A stretch of DNA of 64,000 nt from an uncultured Alphaproteobacteria bacterium. GTDB taxonomy: Bacteria > Pseudomonadota > Alphaproteobacteria > Methylaequorales > Methylaequoraceae. Positions 41,933-51,348 of the stretch are shown in pieces. The DNA lies in contig CACMJG010000004.1 in the NCBI GenBank assembly GCA_902613995.1, forward strand, positions 75,563 through 139,562, read 5' to 3'. The notes beneath the pieces are model-generated. The model saw nothing but the letters and a program-made list of their open reading frames with translations. It was not told where the DNA came from and made no database searches. Each line of letters opens with the position of its first letter. The stretch's first letter is position 1. A program made the translations under genes and the position numbers.

Positions 41933-42883
41933 TTGTTAACATCATCATGTTCTTCCACTTTAATGAAAGATACAGATACCAATTCTTTTTCATACATGAA
42001 TATAAAACCAGATTCTGAATTTTCAAATATCATACTGGCTATTCATGGATATAATGATTATTCTAATTCATTTAAAATTCCTGGAGAATACCTATCAAAA
42101 AATAACATAGCTTTGACTTCGTTTGATCTCAATGGCTTTGGCAAAAATAAGAATAAAGGTGAATGGTTTGATTTAAAACAACATATCAAGGACATAGACT
42201 TTAACTTAAAAAAAATTAAAAATGAAAATCCCGATAAGAAAATTTTTTTGTTGGGAGAGAGTATGGGCGGCGCAATCACTTTAAGTTTTGTTAATCGTTT
42301 CAAGAATCTTCCAATCGACGGTGTAATACTAATTGCACCGGCTATTTGGAATTTTACAGAAACAAATTTTTGGAAAAGTATTCCTTTAAAATTTCTTGCA
42401 AAAATCCTTCCCTACTTTAAGGTCAGTGGTAAAGGGATAGTAAAGATCCAAGCCAGTGACAATTTAAAAATGCTAAAAGAATTATCTATGGATGATTCAT
42501 TTATTCATAAACCAACATTTCAAAGCCTTCAAGGTGTTGTAGATCTTATGGATGAAGCATATAAAGATACAGAAGAATATTTTAAAAATCCATCATATAA
42601 AACACTCATAATGATTCCACTAAAAGATGAAGTAGTTCCGAGAAAACCATTAATAAAATTATTGAAGGATGAAAGGATTAAAAACAATTTTTCTAATAAA
42701 ATAAAAATTTTAGTCTATAAGGAAAGCTATCATATGATTCTCAGAGATATGAATGGGAATCAAATTACAGAAGATTTAAAAAATTGGGTGATCGGAAAGG
42801 AATATGATTCAAGCAACTCATCTTTTAGTGATATTTTAAAACAAATTGAAAATACAGAATTTTACCATAGACTTGACTTATGA
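41933..42883 (+). CDS. Alpha/beta hydrolase (lysophospholipase-like), probable lipoprotein; start uncertain
   Basis: HGYNDY, GESMGG nucleophile elbow, DEVVP, YHMILRD. Confidence 0.85.
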   Translation: MLTSSCSSTLMKDTDTNSFSYMNIKPDSEFSNIILAIHGYNDYSNSFKIPGEYLSKNNIALTSFDLNGFGKNKNKGEWFDLKQHIKDIDFNLKKIKNENPDKKIFLLGESMGGAITLSFVNRFKNLPIDGVILIAPAIWNFTETNFWKSIPLKFLAKILPYFKVSGKGIVKIQASDNLKMLKELSMDDSFIHKPTFQSLQGVVDLMDEAYKDTEEYFKNPSYKTLIMIPLKDEVVPRKPLIKLLKDERIKNNFSNKIKILVYKESYHMILRDMNGNQITEDLKNWVIGKEYDSSNSSFSDILKQIENTEFYHRLDL

Positions 42884-43068
42884 AAAAAGAAATTATTTTA
42901 GCCGTAGGATCCAGATCCTGGTGGAAAAATATCAAAATTAGAAGAGAAAGTGCTTTTAAATTAAAGGTTATAAGAAAGAAATGGAAATTACGTCGAAAAG
43001 TTCTATTGATGTCAAAAAAAAATTCAATCGATACTAAAATTTATAAAAAATACTATTTATACAAATGA
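42880..43068 (+). CDS. Small basic hypothetical protein
   Basis: 62-aa ORF with ATGA/stop overlaps at both ends. Confidence 0.5.
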   Translation: MKKEIILAVGSRSWWKNIKIRRESAFKLKVIRKKWKLRRKVLLMSKKNSIDTKIYKKYYLYK

Positions 43069-43316
43069 TAAATATTTTCATTTTTCTTTTTATATTTTTT
43101 TATCAAAACACCTCGTTTTCTGGTGAAATCATTAGAGACGAAAATGGAAACTATATACTTATTAAAAAAGACGGTACGTTTAAAAAACTACCTCCACCTA
43201 AGCCTGGAAATAAGTATGTTATAAAAAAAAAAGTTATTCAAAAGAAAAGGGAAAACAAATTTTTTAAAAAGCAGACAAAGAAATCTAGAGTAAAAACAAA
43301 TCAAGGGATAAGATAA
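43065..43316 (+). CDS. Small exported or membrane-anchored hypothetical protein
   Basis: Signal-like N-terminus, IIRDENGNYILIKKDGTFKKLPPPKPG; translational coupling. Confidence 0.6.
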   Translation: MINIFIFLFIFFYQNTSFSGEIIRDENGNYILIKKDGTFKKLPPPKPGNKYVIKKKVIQKKRENKFFKKQTKKSRVKTNQGIR

Positions 43317-43535
43317 ATGAATGAAGCTAATAAGAAAAGCGTTTGGAGATTCATTCAAAAACATGGGGATTTTTTAAAAGATAAGCTAGAACCACATCCA
43401 AACCATCCAAATGGAAGAAACCCGTATGCGCATATATGTCTTTTAATTAATCAAAAATTTAGTTGCTCATACAAAGATATTAGTGATGAAAAGGTAGAGC
43501 AGCTAAAAAGATTTATTTTGAGTATAAGTAAATGA
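43317..43535 (+). CDS. Hypothetical protein with HPxGRNPYAH motif
   Basis: 72-aa ORF abutting the upstream stop; non-random composition. Confidence 0.65.
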   Translation: MNEANKKSVWRFIQKHGDFLKDKLEPHPNHPNGRNPYAHICLLINQKFSCSYKDISDEKVEQLKRFILSISK

Positions 43536-43542
43536 GATTTAA

Positions 43543-43609
43543 TTGAATTGGGAAGATCTTTTTATTTTAAGGGAGGAAATATTTTATTTTGGATCTTCCC
43601 ACAATTCAA
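43543..43609. other. Long imperfect hairpin (terminator or sRNA candidate)
   Basis: Arms ttgaattgggaagatct and ggatcttcccacaattcaa; GGGAGG/CCTCCC in the central loop. Confidence 0.6.
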
Positions 43610-43634
43610 ATTTCTGACACTTGTCAGATATAAT
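43605..43634 (+). promoter_or_regulatory. Sigma70-like promoter with an operator-like palindrome in the spacer
   Basis: TTCAAA(43605-10)-N18-TATAAT(43629-34); TCTGACA-CT-TGTCAGA at 43613-43628. Confidence 0.5.
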
Positions 43635-43665
43635 ATTAATAAGCAATGTTCATGCCAAAACAAAA

Positions 43666-44973
43666 ATGGAAAATTTAAAAACTAATATATTGTCAAGTCA
43701 TCCGAGCGGATTAACAACCCTTTTTCTTACTGAGTTGTGGGAGAGATTTAGTTATTACGGAATGCGTGCTATTCTGGTTTTGTATTTAGTTTCTGAAACA
43801 AACTCCTCAAACCCTGGGTTAGGTTGGTCAAATTATGATGCCATCAAACTCTATGGCTGGTACACAGCCTTTGTTTATCTGGCTTGTATTCCAGGAGGAA
43901 TAATCGCTGACAAGCTAATCACAAGCGAAAAAGCTGTTTTCTGGGGAGGTGCATTATTATGTTTGGGTCATTTATCACTTGCAATTGACAACATAAATTT
44001 TTTCTACATTGGTTTAATATTAATTGTGCTTGGTGTTGGCCTTTTAAAACCAAGCATTTCAACTCTTGTGGGATCTTTATACACACAAAAAGACATAAGA
44101 AGAGATCAAGGGTTTACATTATTTTATATTGGAATCAATATTGGTGCTTTCCTTGCGAGTTTAATTGTAGGGTATGTTGGAGAAACTTATGGCTGGCACT
44201 ATGGTTTTTCGTTAGCAGGTTTAGGAATGATAATTGGGCAGGTAACTTTTTTTTGCGGGAGAAAGAATTTTAAAAATGTTAAAAAAGAAAAAAAGGTATT
44301 TAAATACAAGAAAGTCAATAGATTTGAATTCGATAGAATAAAATTAATTGTTTTAGCTAGTTTTATACTTATTATTTTCTGGGCTTCTTTTGAGCAAGCA
44401 GGAGGACTTATGAATATCTTTGCATATCAAAAAACAGATAGATTTATTGGATTTTTAAATTTTGAGGTACCAGCAAGTTGGTTTCAGTCTATCAATCCTT
44501 TGATGATAATTTTTCTAGGTTTTTCTGTAGCACAGTTTTGGTTTTTTATTGAGAAAAAAAAAATTATAATTTCTTCTATTTTCAAAATTTCTACTGGTTT
44601 AATAATTATGGGATTAGGATTTGTATTTATGTTTTTTGCTGCTCTTGAGTACGAAGTATTAGGAAAATCTTCAATGTATTGGCTAGTGTTAGCATACTTG
44701 TTTCATACAGTTGGAGAGTTATGCGCATCTCCTGTTATATTGTCCTACATTACTAAGTTGTCGCCACAAAGACTTGTTTCGTCAATTATGGGAATTTATT
44801 TTGCTGCTATTGGGATAGGAAATAAATTAGCAGGGACCATTGGCCAAAATTCGGAGAAATTTGGAGAAAAATTTATTTTTATAGGTATCACATTCGTATG
44901 TATGATAGTTGGATTCACTGTAATCTTATTTAGTAAAAAACTTTCTAAATTATCCCACGGTCTAGATAATTGA
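43666..44973 (+). CDS. POT/PTR proton-coupled oligopeptide transporter (start probably ATG 43666)
   Basis: ELWERFSYYGMR (ExxERFxYY), FYIGINIGA, FEQAG, FQSINP, GELCASP. Confidence 0.95.
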   Translation: MENLKTNILSSHPSGLTTLFLTELWERFSYYGMRAILVLYLVSETNSSNPGLGWSNYDAIKLYGWYTAFVYLACIPGGIIADKLITSEKAVFWGGALLCLGHLSLAIDNINFFYIGLILIVLGVGLLKPSISTLVGSLYTQKDIRRDQGFTLFYIGINIGAFLASLIVGYVGETYGWHYGFSLAGLGMIIGQVTFFCGRKNFKNVKKEKKVFKYKKVNRFEFDRIKLIVLASFILIIFWASFEQAGGLMNIFAYQKTDRFIGFLNFEVPASWFQSINPLMIIFLGFSVAQFWFFIEKKKIIISSIFKISTGLIIMGLGFVFMFFAALEYEVLGKSSMYWLVLAYLFHTVGELCASPVILSYITKLSPQRLVSSIMGIYFAAIGIGNKLAGTIGQNSEKFGEKFIFIGITFVCMIVGFTVILFSKKLSKLSHGLDN

Positions 44974-44978
44974 TTTAT

Positions 44979-45055
44979 GCGCCCGTAGCTCAACTGGATA
45001 GAGCATTTGATTTCGGCTCAAAAGGTTAAGGGTTCGAATCCTTTCGGGCGCGCCA
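44979..45055 (+). tRNA. tRNA-Arg (UCG)
   Basis: GCGCCCG/CGGGCGC acceptor stem, anticodon stem TTTGA/TCAAA with loop TT-TCG-GC, GTTCGAA, encoded CCA; 77 nt. Confidence 0.95.
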
Positions 45056-45103
45056 ATTTATTTTTGATTTGAAACTAATGTTTAATTTTATTAATTATTT
45101 AGC

Positions 45104-45334
45104 ATGGAAACTTTAATAAAAAGTAACGACCAAATTTATATAAGTTGGATAAAAAGTATTTTAAAAGCTCACGATATTGAATACTTTACTTTTGATGAAG
45201 AGATGTCAATAACAGAGGGAAATATAACGGCGATACCAATCAGAATACTTGTCAACGAGAATGAACTATCCAAAGCATTGCAAATTATTAAGAATGAAGA
45301 AAAACTTAATTCAGCTGAACAAAATAAAAGATGA
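45104..45334 (+). CDS. DUF2007 family protein
   Basis: L..HDI....FDEEMSITEG.I.AIP.RILV pattern. Confidence 0.8.
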   Translation: METLIKSNDQIYISWIKSILKAHDIEYFTFDEEMSITEGNITAIPIRILVNENELSKALQIIKNEEKLNSAEQNKR

Positions 45335-46060
45335 TCCATTATCTTTTAACCATCTTTTACTTTTACAATAATTAGGATCTTTTTTTTTGACTAGCTCCCA
45401 AAATTTACTTGAGTGGTTTGGAACGTTAATATGAGCAAGTTCATGGATTAAAACGTAATCAATAACACTCTCAGGTAACATAATTAATTTCCAATTTAAA
45501 AAAATATCCCCTTTAATATTACAACTTCCCCATCTAGCCGTATATGATTTTATTGTCAATGAATTGAATTCAATACTGATACGTTTAGATAAAAATGACA
45601 ATCTTGCTCTTAAAAAATTATTAGCTTGTAATTTTAGCCACTCAATAATTAGTTTCTTACTTTTTGATTCGTCTGAATAAAATATTTTTAATTTATTGTC
45701 CTCAACAGCAATTCCTTCAAAGTTAGATTTCTCGTAAACAAGCTTTAGGACTTCGCCCTTATAGGTGATGAACCCATGTGAAATCTGATCAATTTTTTTG
45801 TGATTTTTCCTAGACCGATCAACATTTTTATTAATCCATTCCTTTTTACTTTCAATCAAATTCTTTAGAAAGATTTCGGAGGTATTATACGGACAGGAAA
45901 CTTCTAGCTCTCCATTTCTTATTTTCAAGGAAATTGATTTGGATCTTCTTGAAGTCCTTATTATTTTTATGCCCTGTTTTTTTTGTATTTTTTTTTTAAC
46001 TGCTTTTAGTTTTTGACTAAAAATATTCGTATAATTCAATGAAAACAAATTATTTCCCAA
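45311..46060 (-). CDS. M48/YgjP-family zinc metallohydrolase
   Basis: RWGSC, YVLIHELAH, NHS..FW. Confidence 0.88.
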   Translation of the reverse strand: MGNNLFSLNYTNIFSQKLKAVKKKIQKKQGIKIIRTSRRSKSISLKIRNGELEVSCPYNTSEIFLKNLIESKKEWINKNVDRSRKNHKKIDQISHGFITYKGEVLKLVYEKSNFEGIAVEDNKLKIFYSDESKSKKLIIEWLKLQANNFLRARLSFLSKRISIEFNSLTIKSYTARWGSCNIKGDIFLNWKLIMLPESVIDYVLIHELAHINVPNHSSKFWELVKKKDPNYCKSKRWLKDNGSSFILFS

Positions 46061-46628
46061 TTATTTTCGTTATTATTAATTCATTTTTTAACTCTATAAG
46101 AGATAGTGAGCCATGCTTAATCAATTCCCAATAATTTTTAACCATTTTATCAAAAGGTTCTTTAGTTAATAAAGATAACATTCCATTAATTGAACCTGCA
46201 TGACAAACAATTAAAGCATCTTCATTGACTTTAAATATATCTTCTAAGAAACTCTTCAGTCTTTTCAAAAACTCGTTATTACTTTCACCATTAGGAATTT
46301 TAAAAGATAAAAGATTATTTTCCCAATCTAGTTTATCTTTCTTTGAAATAGAACTCATTTTTTTCATTTCCCAATCACCCAAATTCATTTCCTTAATCCT
46401 TTCGTCAACTATGTAGTTTTCTGTCAACGTATTTGTCAATTTTATACATCTTTTCAATGGACTGCTATAAACCTTTATGGAGTTAGTATCTATATTAAAA
46501 TTCTTAATTTTCTTTTGAATTAACTTTACTTCTTGCTCAAACCTATCTGAAACGTCTAGATCGGTCTGACCGTAGAAAACATCGATATCTACATTTAATG
46601 ACGTATGTCGTAAAAAAAAAAGCTTCAT
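46050..46628 (-). CDS. Histidine phosphatase (CobC/alpha-ribazole phosphatase-like)
   Basis: LRHT, YGQTD, SSPLKRC, EMNLGDWE, GES, VCHAG. Confidence 0.82.
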   Translation of the reverse strand: MKLFFLRHTSLNVDIDVFYGQTDLDVSDRFEQEVKLIQKKIKNFNIDTNSIKVYSSPLKRCIKLTNTLTENYIVDERIKEMNLGDWEMKKMSSISKKDKLDWENNLLSFKIPNGESNNEFLKRLKSFLEDIFKVNEDALIVCHAGSINGMLSLLTKEPFDKMVKNYWELIKHGSLSLIELKNELIITKIIGK

Positions 46629-46909
46629 TAATAATAAATACTAAAATTTTTAAATTTTTTGAAATTTTCTTCTCTTTTCTTAATATTTTCTACATTTGCG
46701 AATAAAGGGCCTTTCTTACAAGCATTTACAAAAAAATCAATATTTTCTCTTTTACCACTTACTTCACATTCAACACTTTCATCTTCACAATTTTTAACCC
46801 AACCCGTTAAAAATAAATCTTCAGCTGTTTTTTTTGTCCATGCTCTAAATCCAACACCTTGGACTTTCCCATATATTTTTAGGTGAAAATTTAAAAGGTT
46901 ATTTGTCAT
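46628..46909 (-). CDS. acyP: Acylphosphatase
   Basis: GKVQGVGFR, GWVKN, KGP. Confidence 0.93.
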   Translation of the reverse strand: MTNNLLNFHLKIYGKVQGVGFRAWTKKTAEDLFLTGWVKNCEDESVECEVSGKRENIDFFVNACKKGPLFANVENIKKREENFKKFKNFSIYY

Positions 46910-47285
46910 CTAAATCCTTGTAATCTACTTCAATAATTTCTTTATCTTTTGATTTTCTTTGATCATCATAAAAATAATTCTTTGTTTTATCTGGAACAAA
47001 ATCCCAAATTAAATACCTCAACGACTTAATAAGTAAAAAAATACCACAAAAGTCTGTAATAAAACCAGGTATTAACAAAAGAATCCCTGCAAATTTTGTA
47101 AAAATCCATTCTTTAGGATTTGCTGCTATATTTTGGGGATTCATTCCAGATCTTAAAAAATAAAATCCTGTAAGTCCTGAAAGTATGATTAAAAAAATAA
47201 CTGGAAAAAAACCTAAGAGATCACCAAATAAAATGAATAACAATAACTCGAGAATTGGCAAAATTAATAATATCTTTATACTCAT
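46899..47285 (-). CDS. fxsA: FxsA family membrane protein
   Basis: PILEL, GILLLIPGFITD. Confidence 0.85.
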   Translation of the reverse strand: MSIKILLILPILELLLFILFGDLLGFFPVIFLIILSGLTGFYFLRSGMNPQNIAANPKEWIFTKFAGILLLIPGFITDFCGIFLLIKSLRYLIWDFVPDKTKNYFYDDQRKSKDKEIIEVDYKDLDDK

Positions 47286-47333
47286 AATCTATCCTTTTAC
47301 CATCATTAAAGATAATTTTAAACTGATTTAAAT

Positions 47334-47756
47334 ATGCTAGAATACCAGAATCTTAGCCTACAAATAATTAATTTTCTCATTCCATTTCTTGTTGGAAGCT
47401 TAATATTTTTTTCTTTAGTAGTAGCGCCAAATGTTTTCATTTCACTTGATCAGAAAAGTGCAAGAAAATTTATACGCAGCATTTTTCCTAAACTATATCT
47501 CTATGCTTTTTTAATAAGTATAACAATTACTTTGTTAATCATCTATCATGGGAAAATTTATAGCGTATTATTTTTTTTAGTCTCTTCTGGTTTTTTGTTT
47601 TCGAAAATTTTTTTAGTTAAATGGATTAATGACGTTAGTGATGTAAAACAAAAAACTAGCCAACAAATAAAAAAGTTCAAAATTTTGCACTCGTTGAGTG
47701 TCTCAATATTTATTACTCAAATTGTCTGCATGACAATAGTTTATTTTAAAATTTAA
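47334..47756 (+). CDS. DUF4149/TMEM205-like membrane protein
   Basis: FFSLVVAP.VF, FIRSIFP, F..LH.LSV. Confidence 0.75.
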   Translation: MLEYQNLSLQIINFLIPFLVGSLIFFSLVVAPNVFISLDQKSARKFIRSIFPKLYLYAFLISITITLLIIYHGKIYSVLFFLVSSGFLFSKIFLVKWINDVSDVKQKTSQQIKKFKILHSLSVSIFITQIVCMTIVYFKI

Positions 47757-48508
47757 TGATTTATTATTTTGTTTAGAAGATCAATATTTACAAACTTATT
47801 TCCATAAGCTTTCCCTTTTATTACTTTGAATGGTTCTTCAGATTCTCCAAGACTTGAAACAACAATATTTGCTTCCTCAAAATTTTCATTTTTGGTGTAA
47901 ATAGATGGTGTTACTAAAACATTTATATTTGCATTAACCGCGGACCTGAGTCCTCTTAAAGAGTCCTCTATTGCAACGCATGACTGTGGGGCTATTCTCA
48001 ATTTTTCAAGTATCCACTCATAAATTTCGGGTGAGGGTCTTTTATTTTCTGTGCAACCACCGTGTGCAATAAGATCAAAAGTTAAATTTGGGTCTATCTT
48101 TAATCCATTTTTAAAAAGTGTCGATAAGTCATCTTGTGTAGTAGACGAAACAATTGCAATTCTAATATTATTCTTTTTTAATTCATTTATAAGTCTTAGA
48201 ACTCCAGGTCTAAATGTTATTTCAGAATCCATAATATAATCTTTAAAAATTTCGTTTTTTACTTTATGGATGGAATTGATGTATTTTGTTAAATTTTTAT
48301 ATTCTAACATCTCGGGCCATGCACGTTTAATATAATATTCAATCCTTTCTTTACCATCACCTATATTTAACAGTTCTGTATAAATAGCTTCGTCCCAAAA
48401 CCAATCAAGATTAAATTCCTTAAAAGATTCATTAAAAGATCGTCTATGAAAATCTTCAGTTTCAGCAATAGTTCCGTCCACGTCGAATAATACAGCACTA
48501 AGTAACAT
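47753..48508 (-). CDS. CbbY-like HAD sugar-bisphosphate phosphatase
   Basis: FDVDGTIAETE..HR.SFN..F, W.WD...Y..LL.I..GKERI, RPGV.RLI, IEDS..GL. Confidence 0.85.
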   Translation of the reverse strand: MLLSAVLFDVDGTIAETEDFHRRSFNESFKEFNLDWFWDEAIYTELLNIGDGKERIEYYIKRAWPEMLEYKNLTKYINSIHKVKNEIFKDYIMDSEITFRPGVLRLINELKKNNIRIAIVSSTTQDDLSTLFKNGLKIDPNLTFDLIAHGGCTENKRPSPEIYEWILEKLRIAPQSCVAIEDSLRGLRSAVNANINVLVTPSIYTKNENFEEANIVVSSLGESEEPFKVIKGKAYGNKFVNIDLLNKIINH

Positions 48509-49916
48509 TTTTTATTTTCCTTATAATGCTTGAGGTTGATTTTCCCTTCACACATTTGATTAATTTTATTTTTCCTCCCCAATTTTTTATCACTTTAGAT
48601 CCGACAACTTCATCTATACTATAGTCATCACCTTTGAAAATAATATTTGGTCTAATTTTTTTTATTAAATTGATAGGGGTTTCCTCATTAAAAATTAATA
48701 TTTTATCAATAAAATCAAAATTCGCTAAAATTTCTGTTCTTTCCACCTGATTCAAAATAGGTCTATCTTTGCCTTTAATTTTTTTTATAGAATTGTCACT
48801 ATTAAGTCCTAAAATTAAAAAATCACACATTTTTCTTGCTTCTTTAAGATAAAATATATGTCCTTGATGGATTAAATCAAAACACCCATTCGTAAAGCCA
48901 ATTGTTTTATTTTTATATTTCTTTAAATCATAATTCAATTCCTTTAATTTGCATAACTTGTTCTTTTGATTTGAATTAAGTAAATCCTTTTCATTTACAA
49001 CTGTGGTTCCAAACTTTCCAACTGAAATCCCAGCCGCATCATTGGCTATTTCAGTTGCATTGAATAAGGATCTTCCATCAGCAACTCCTGAGGCTATATA
49101 AGCTATAACTGTATCTCCAGCGCCCGAAACATCAAAAACTTCTTTAGCTTTTGATGGTAAATGTATAGAGACATTCTTTTTATCTACAATAGATATTCCG
49201 TCTGAACTCCTAGTTGTAACAATTGCATCAAAATTATATTTTTTTAATAATTCTTTAGACAGCCTTACTACCATATTGGAATCATCTTCATTTTTTAAGT
49301 TTTTTTTAATTTTAGACGCCTCTAAAAGCTCTTTAAAATTTGGTGTAATAATATTTGCACCTCTGTATGGAGAAAAGTCACTTTTTTTAGGATCTACTAT
49401 AACTAACTTATTCTTTTTCCTTGATAGTTCTATAGTAGTCTTAAGTAATTTATCAGTTAAAAGTCCTTTATTGTAATCAGAGAGCACAACAACATCAAAA
49501 AGTTCAATTTTACTTCTTATTATACTTAGAATTTTTGTTTCAAGTTTAGAGCTTATTGGCTGATTAGATTCTTTATCGACTCTTAAAATTTGTTGGTTTC
49601 CAGAAACAAATCTTATTTTTTTTGTTGTACATCTATTCTTATCAGTAAAAAGGTTGAATGTAAGTTTTTTTGAATCCTTCAATAATTTTTTTAAAACTAT
49701 CGACTCTTCATCATCTCCGCAAACTGAAATAATATGGCATTTACTTCCTGCGCCACAGATATTTTTTGCTACATTTCCGCATCCACCTAATACTTCATAT
49801 TTATTGTTATTAATTTTTAATACAGGGATTGGTGCTTCAGGTGATATTCTCTTTACATCTCCATGAGAATATGAATCTAAGATTATATCTCCAATACACA
49901 AAACATTTCCAGACAT
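48498..49916 (-). CDS. hldE: Bifunctional heptose-7-phosphate kinase / heptose-1-phosphate adenylyltransferase
   Basis: RISPEAPIPV, DVSGAGDT, FTNGCFDLIHQGH, KGDDY. Confidence 0.95.
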   Translation of the reverse strand: MSGNVLCIGDIILDSYSHGDVKRISPEAPIPVLKINNNKYEVLGGCGNVAKNICGAGSKCHIISVCGDDEESIVLKKLLKDSKKLTFNLFTDKNRCTTKKIRFVSGNQQILRVDKESNQPISSKLETKILSIIRSKIELFDVVVLSDYNKGLLTDKLLKTTIELSRKKNKLVIVDPKKSDFSPYRGANIITPNFKELLEASKIKKNLKNEDDSNMVVRLSKELLKKYNFDAIVTTRSSDGISIVDKKNVSIHLPSKAKEVFDVSGAGDTVIAYIASGVADGRSLFNATEIANDAAGISVGKFGTTVVNEKDLLNSNQKNKLCKLKELNYDLKKYKNKTIGFTNGCFDLIHQGHIFYLKEARKMCDFLILGLNSDNSIKKIKGKDRPILNQVERTEILANFDFIDKILIFNEETPINLIKKIRPNIIFKGDDYSIDEVVGSKVIKNWGGKIKLIKCVKGKSTSSIIRKIKNVT

Positions 49917-49920
49917 AATC

Positions 49921-50868
49921 TTAAATTAACTCCTTTTTAAGTAAAGATTCAAAATATTTTATTGTTTTCTTGAGTCCTGTTTTTCTATCAAATTTTGGTG
50001 ACCATCCCAATTTTTTATTTGCTAAAGAAATGTCAGGACATCTCATTTGTGGATCGTCAATTGGTAAATCTTCATACATTATTTTGGAATTACTACCAGT
50101 TAAATCAATTATTTCGCTAGCTAGATTTAATATCGAGATTTCACTAGGATTCCCTAGATTGATTGGTCCAGAGAAATTTTCCAACTCCATCATCATCAAT
50201 ATACCTGAAATTAAATCATCAATATAACAAAACGACCTTGTTTGGTTACCTTTTCCATAAACTGTAATGTTTTTATTTGAAAGTGCTTGTAAAATGAAAT
50301 TTGATACCACTCTTCCGTCATTTGGTTGCATTCTTGGCCCGAATGTATTGAAAATTCTTATAACTTTAACATCAATTTGATGTTGTCGTTGATAATCCCA
50401 AAAGATAGTTTCAGCACACCTTTTTCCCTCATCATAACATGCCCTTGGACCCTCTATACTTACTGCACCTTTATATGATTCATTCTGAGGATGAACTTCT
50501 GGATCTCCATATATCTCTGATGTAGATGCTTGCAGTATTCTTGCTTTTGTTCTTTTGGCAAGGCCCAGCATGTTAATAGCACCGTGAACACAAGTTTTTA
50601 CTGTTTGCACTGGATCATTTTGGTAGTGAATCGGAGAAGCTGGACAAGCAAAGTTAAAAATCTCATCTACTTCTACATAAAGAGGAAATGTTACATCATG
50701 ACGTAGTAGCTCAAAATTTTTATGATTGTAAATATTTTTTAAGTTCTCTTTGTTTCCAGTATAAAAATTGTCACAACAAATAACGTAATGTCCTTTTTTA
50801 ATTAAACTTTCACACAAAAATGAGCCTATAAAGCCTGCACCGCCTGTAACTAAAACTCTTTTTTTCAT
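49921..50868 (-). CDS. UDP-glucuronate decarboxylase (UDP-xylose synthase)-like SDR
   Basis: [45 protein letters not shown]. Confidence 0.92.
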   Translation of the reverse strand: MKKRVLVTGGAGFIGSFLCESLIKKGHYVICCDNFYTGNKENLKNIYNHKNFELLRHDVTFPLYVEVDEIFNFACPASPIHYQNDPVQTVKTCVHGAINMLGLAKRTKARILQASTSEIYGDPEVHPQNESYKGAVSIEGPRACYDEGKRCAETIFWDYQRQHQIDVKVIRIFNTFGPRMQPNDGRVVSNFILQALSNKNITVYGKGNQTRSFCYIDDLISGILMMMELENFSGPINLGNPSEISILNLASEIIDLTGSNSKIMYEDLPIDDPQMRCPDISLANKKLGWSPKFDRKTGLKKTIKYFESLLKKELI

Positions 50869-51290
50869 CTCAGTTCTATCATTATTTCAACAATTGAATT
50901 TTGTCCAACAAAGATTGATGCATCTTCAAATTTGGGAGGGGCTAGAAATACTCTTGCATTATTGCTAAACCCGAATTTTTCCTTTGGTATTGAAAAAAAA
51001 GTATCAAATTTATCATTTGAATTCTTATCATGAAAAATTGCGATTGCATAATTTGACTCTTCAAGATCATCAATTAACAAACCTTCCTCAATTACCTTTG
51101 ACACTTCCTCTGAACCCCCAAGAATTTTTCCACTCTCGTCAGGAAATAGTTTTGGATTATTATACACACCATAATGAATTGTTCCTCTTTTTTCTTCTAT
51201 ATTTGAAACTAGAATTTTGATCTCTCCAGCAGATAATTCAAACCCAAAAAATGTAGAAAAACAAAAGATAACTAAAAAATTTATTTTCAT
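50865..51290 (-). CDS. DUF2141 family exported protein
   Basis: [10 protein letters not shown]...D...IP.E.FGFSNN....PP.F. Confidence 0.85.
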   Translation of the reverse strand: MKINFLVIFCFSTFFGFELSAGEIKILVSNIEEKRGTIHYGVYNNPKLFPDESGKILGGSEEVSKVIEEGLLIDDLEESNYAIAIFHDKNSNDKFDTFFSIPKEKFGFSNNARVFLAPPKFEDASIFVGQNSIVEIMIELR

Positions 51291-51348
51291 AATTCAATTT
51301 TTTTATATCTTAATATTAACAAAATTTGTATTATAATTTTCATCTATA

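Noticed and set aside
44979-47756. Possible genomic island integrated at tRNA-Arg (also checked tRNA-Ala)
   Set aside because: No integrase, no duplicated tRNA 3' end seen, and the flanking genes are ordinary chromosomal families
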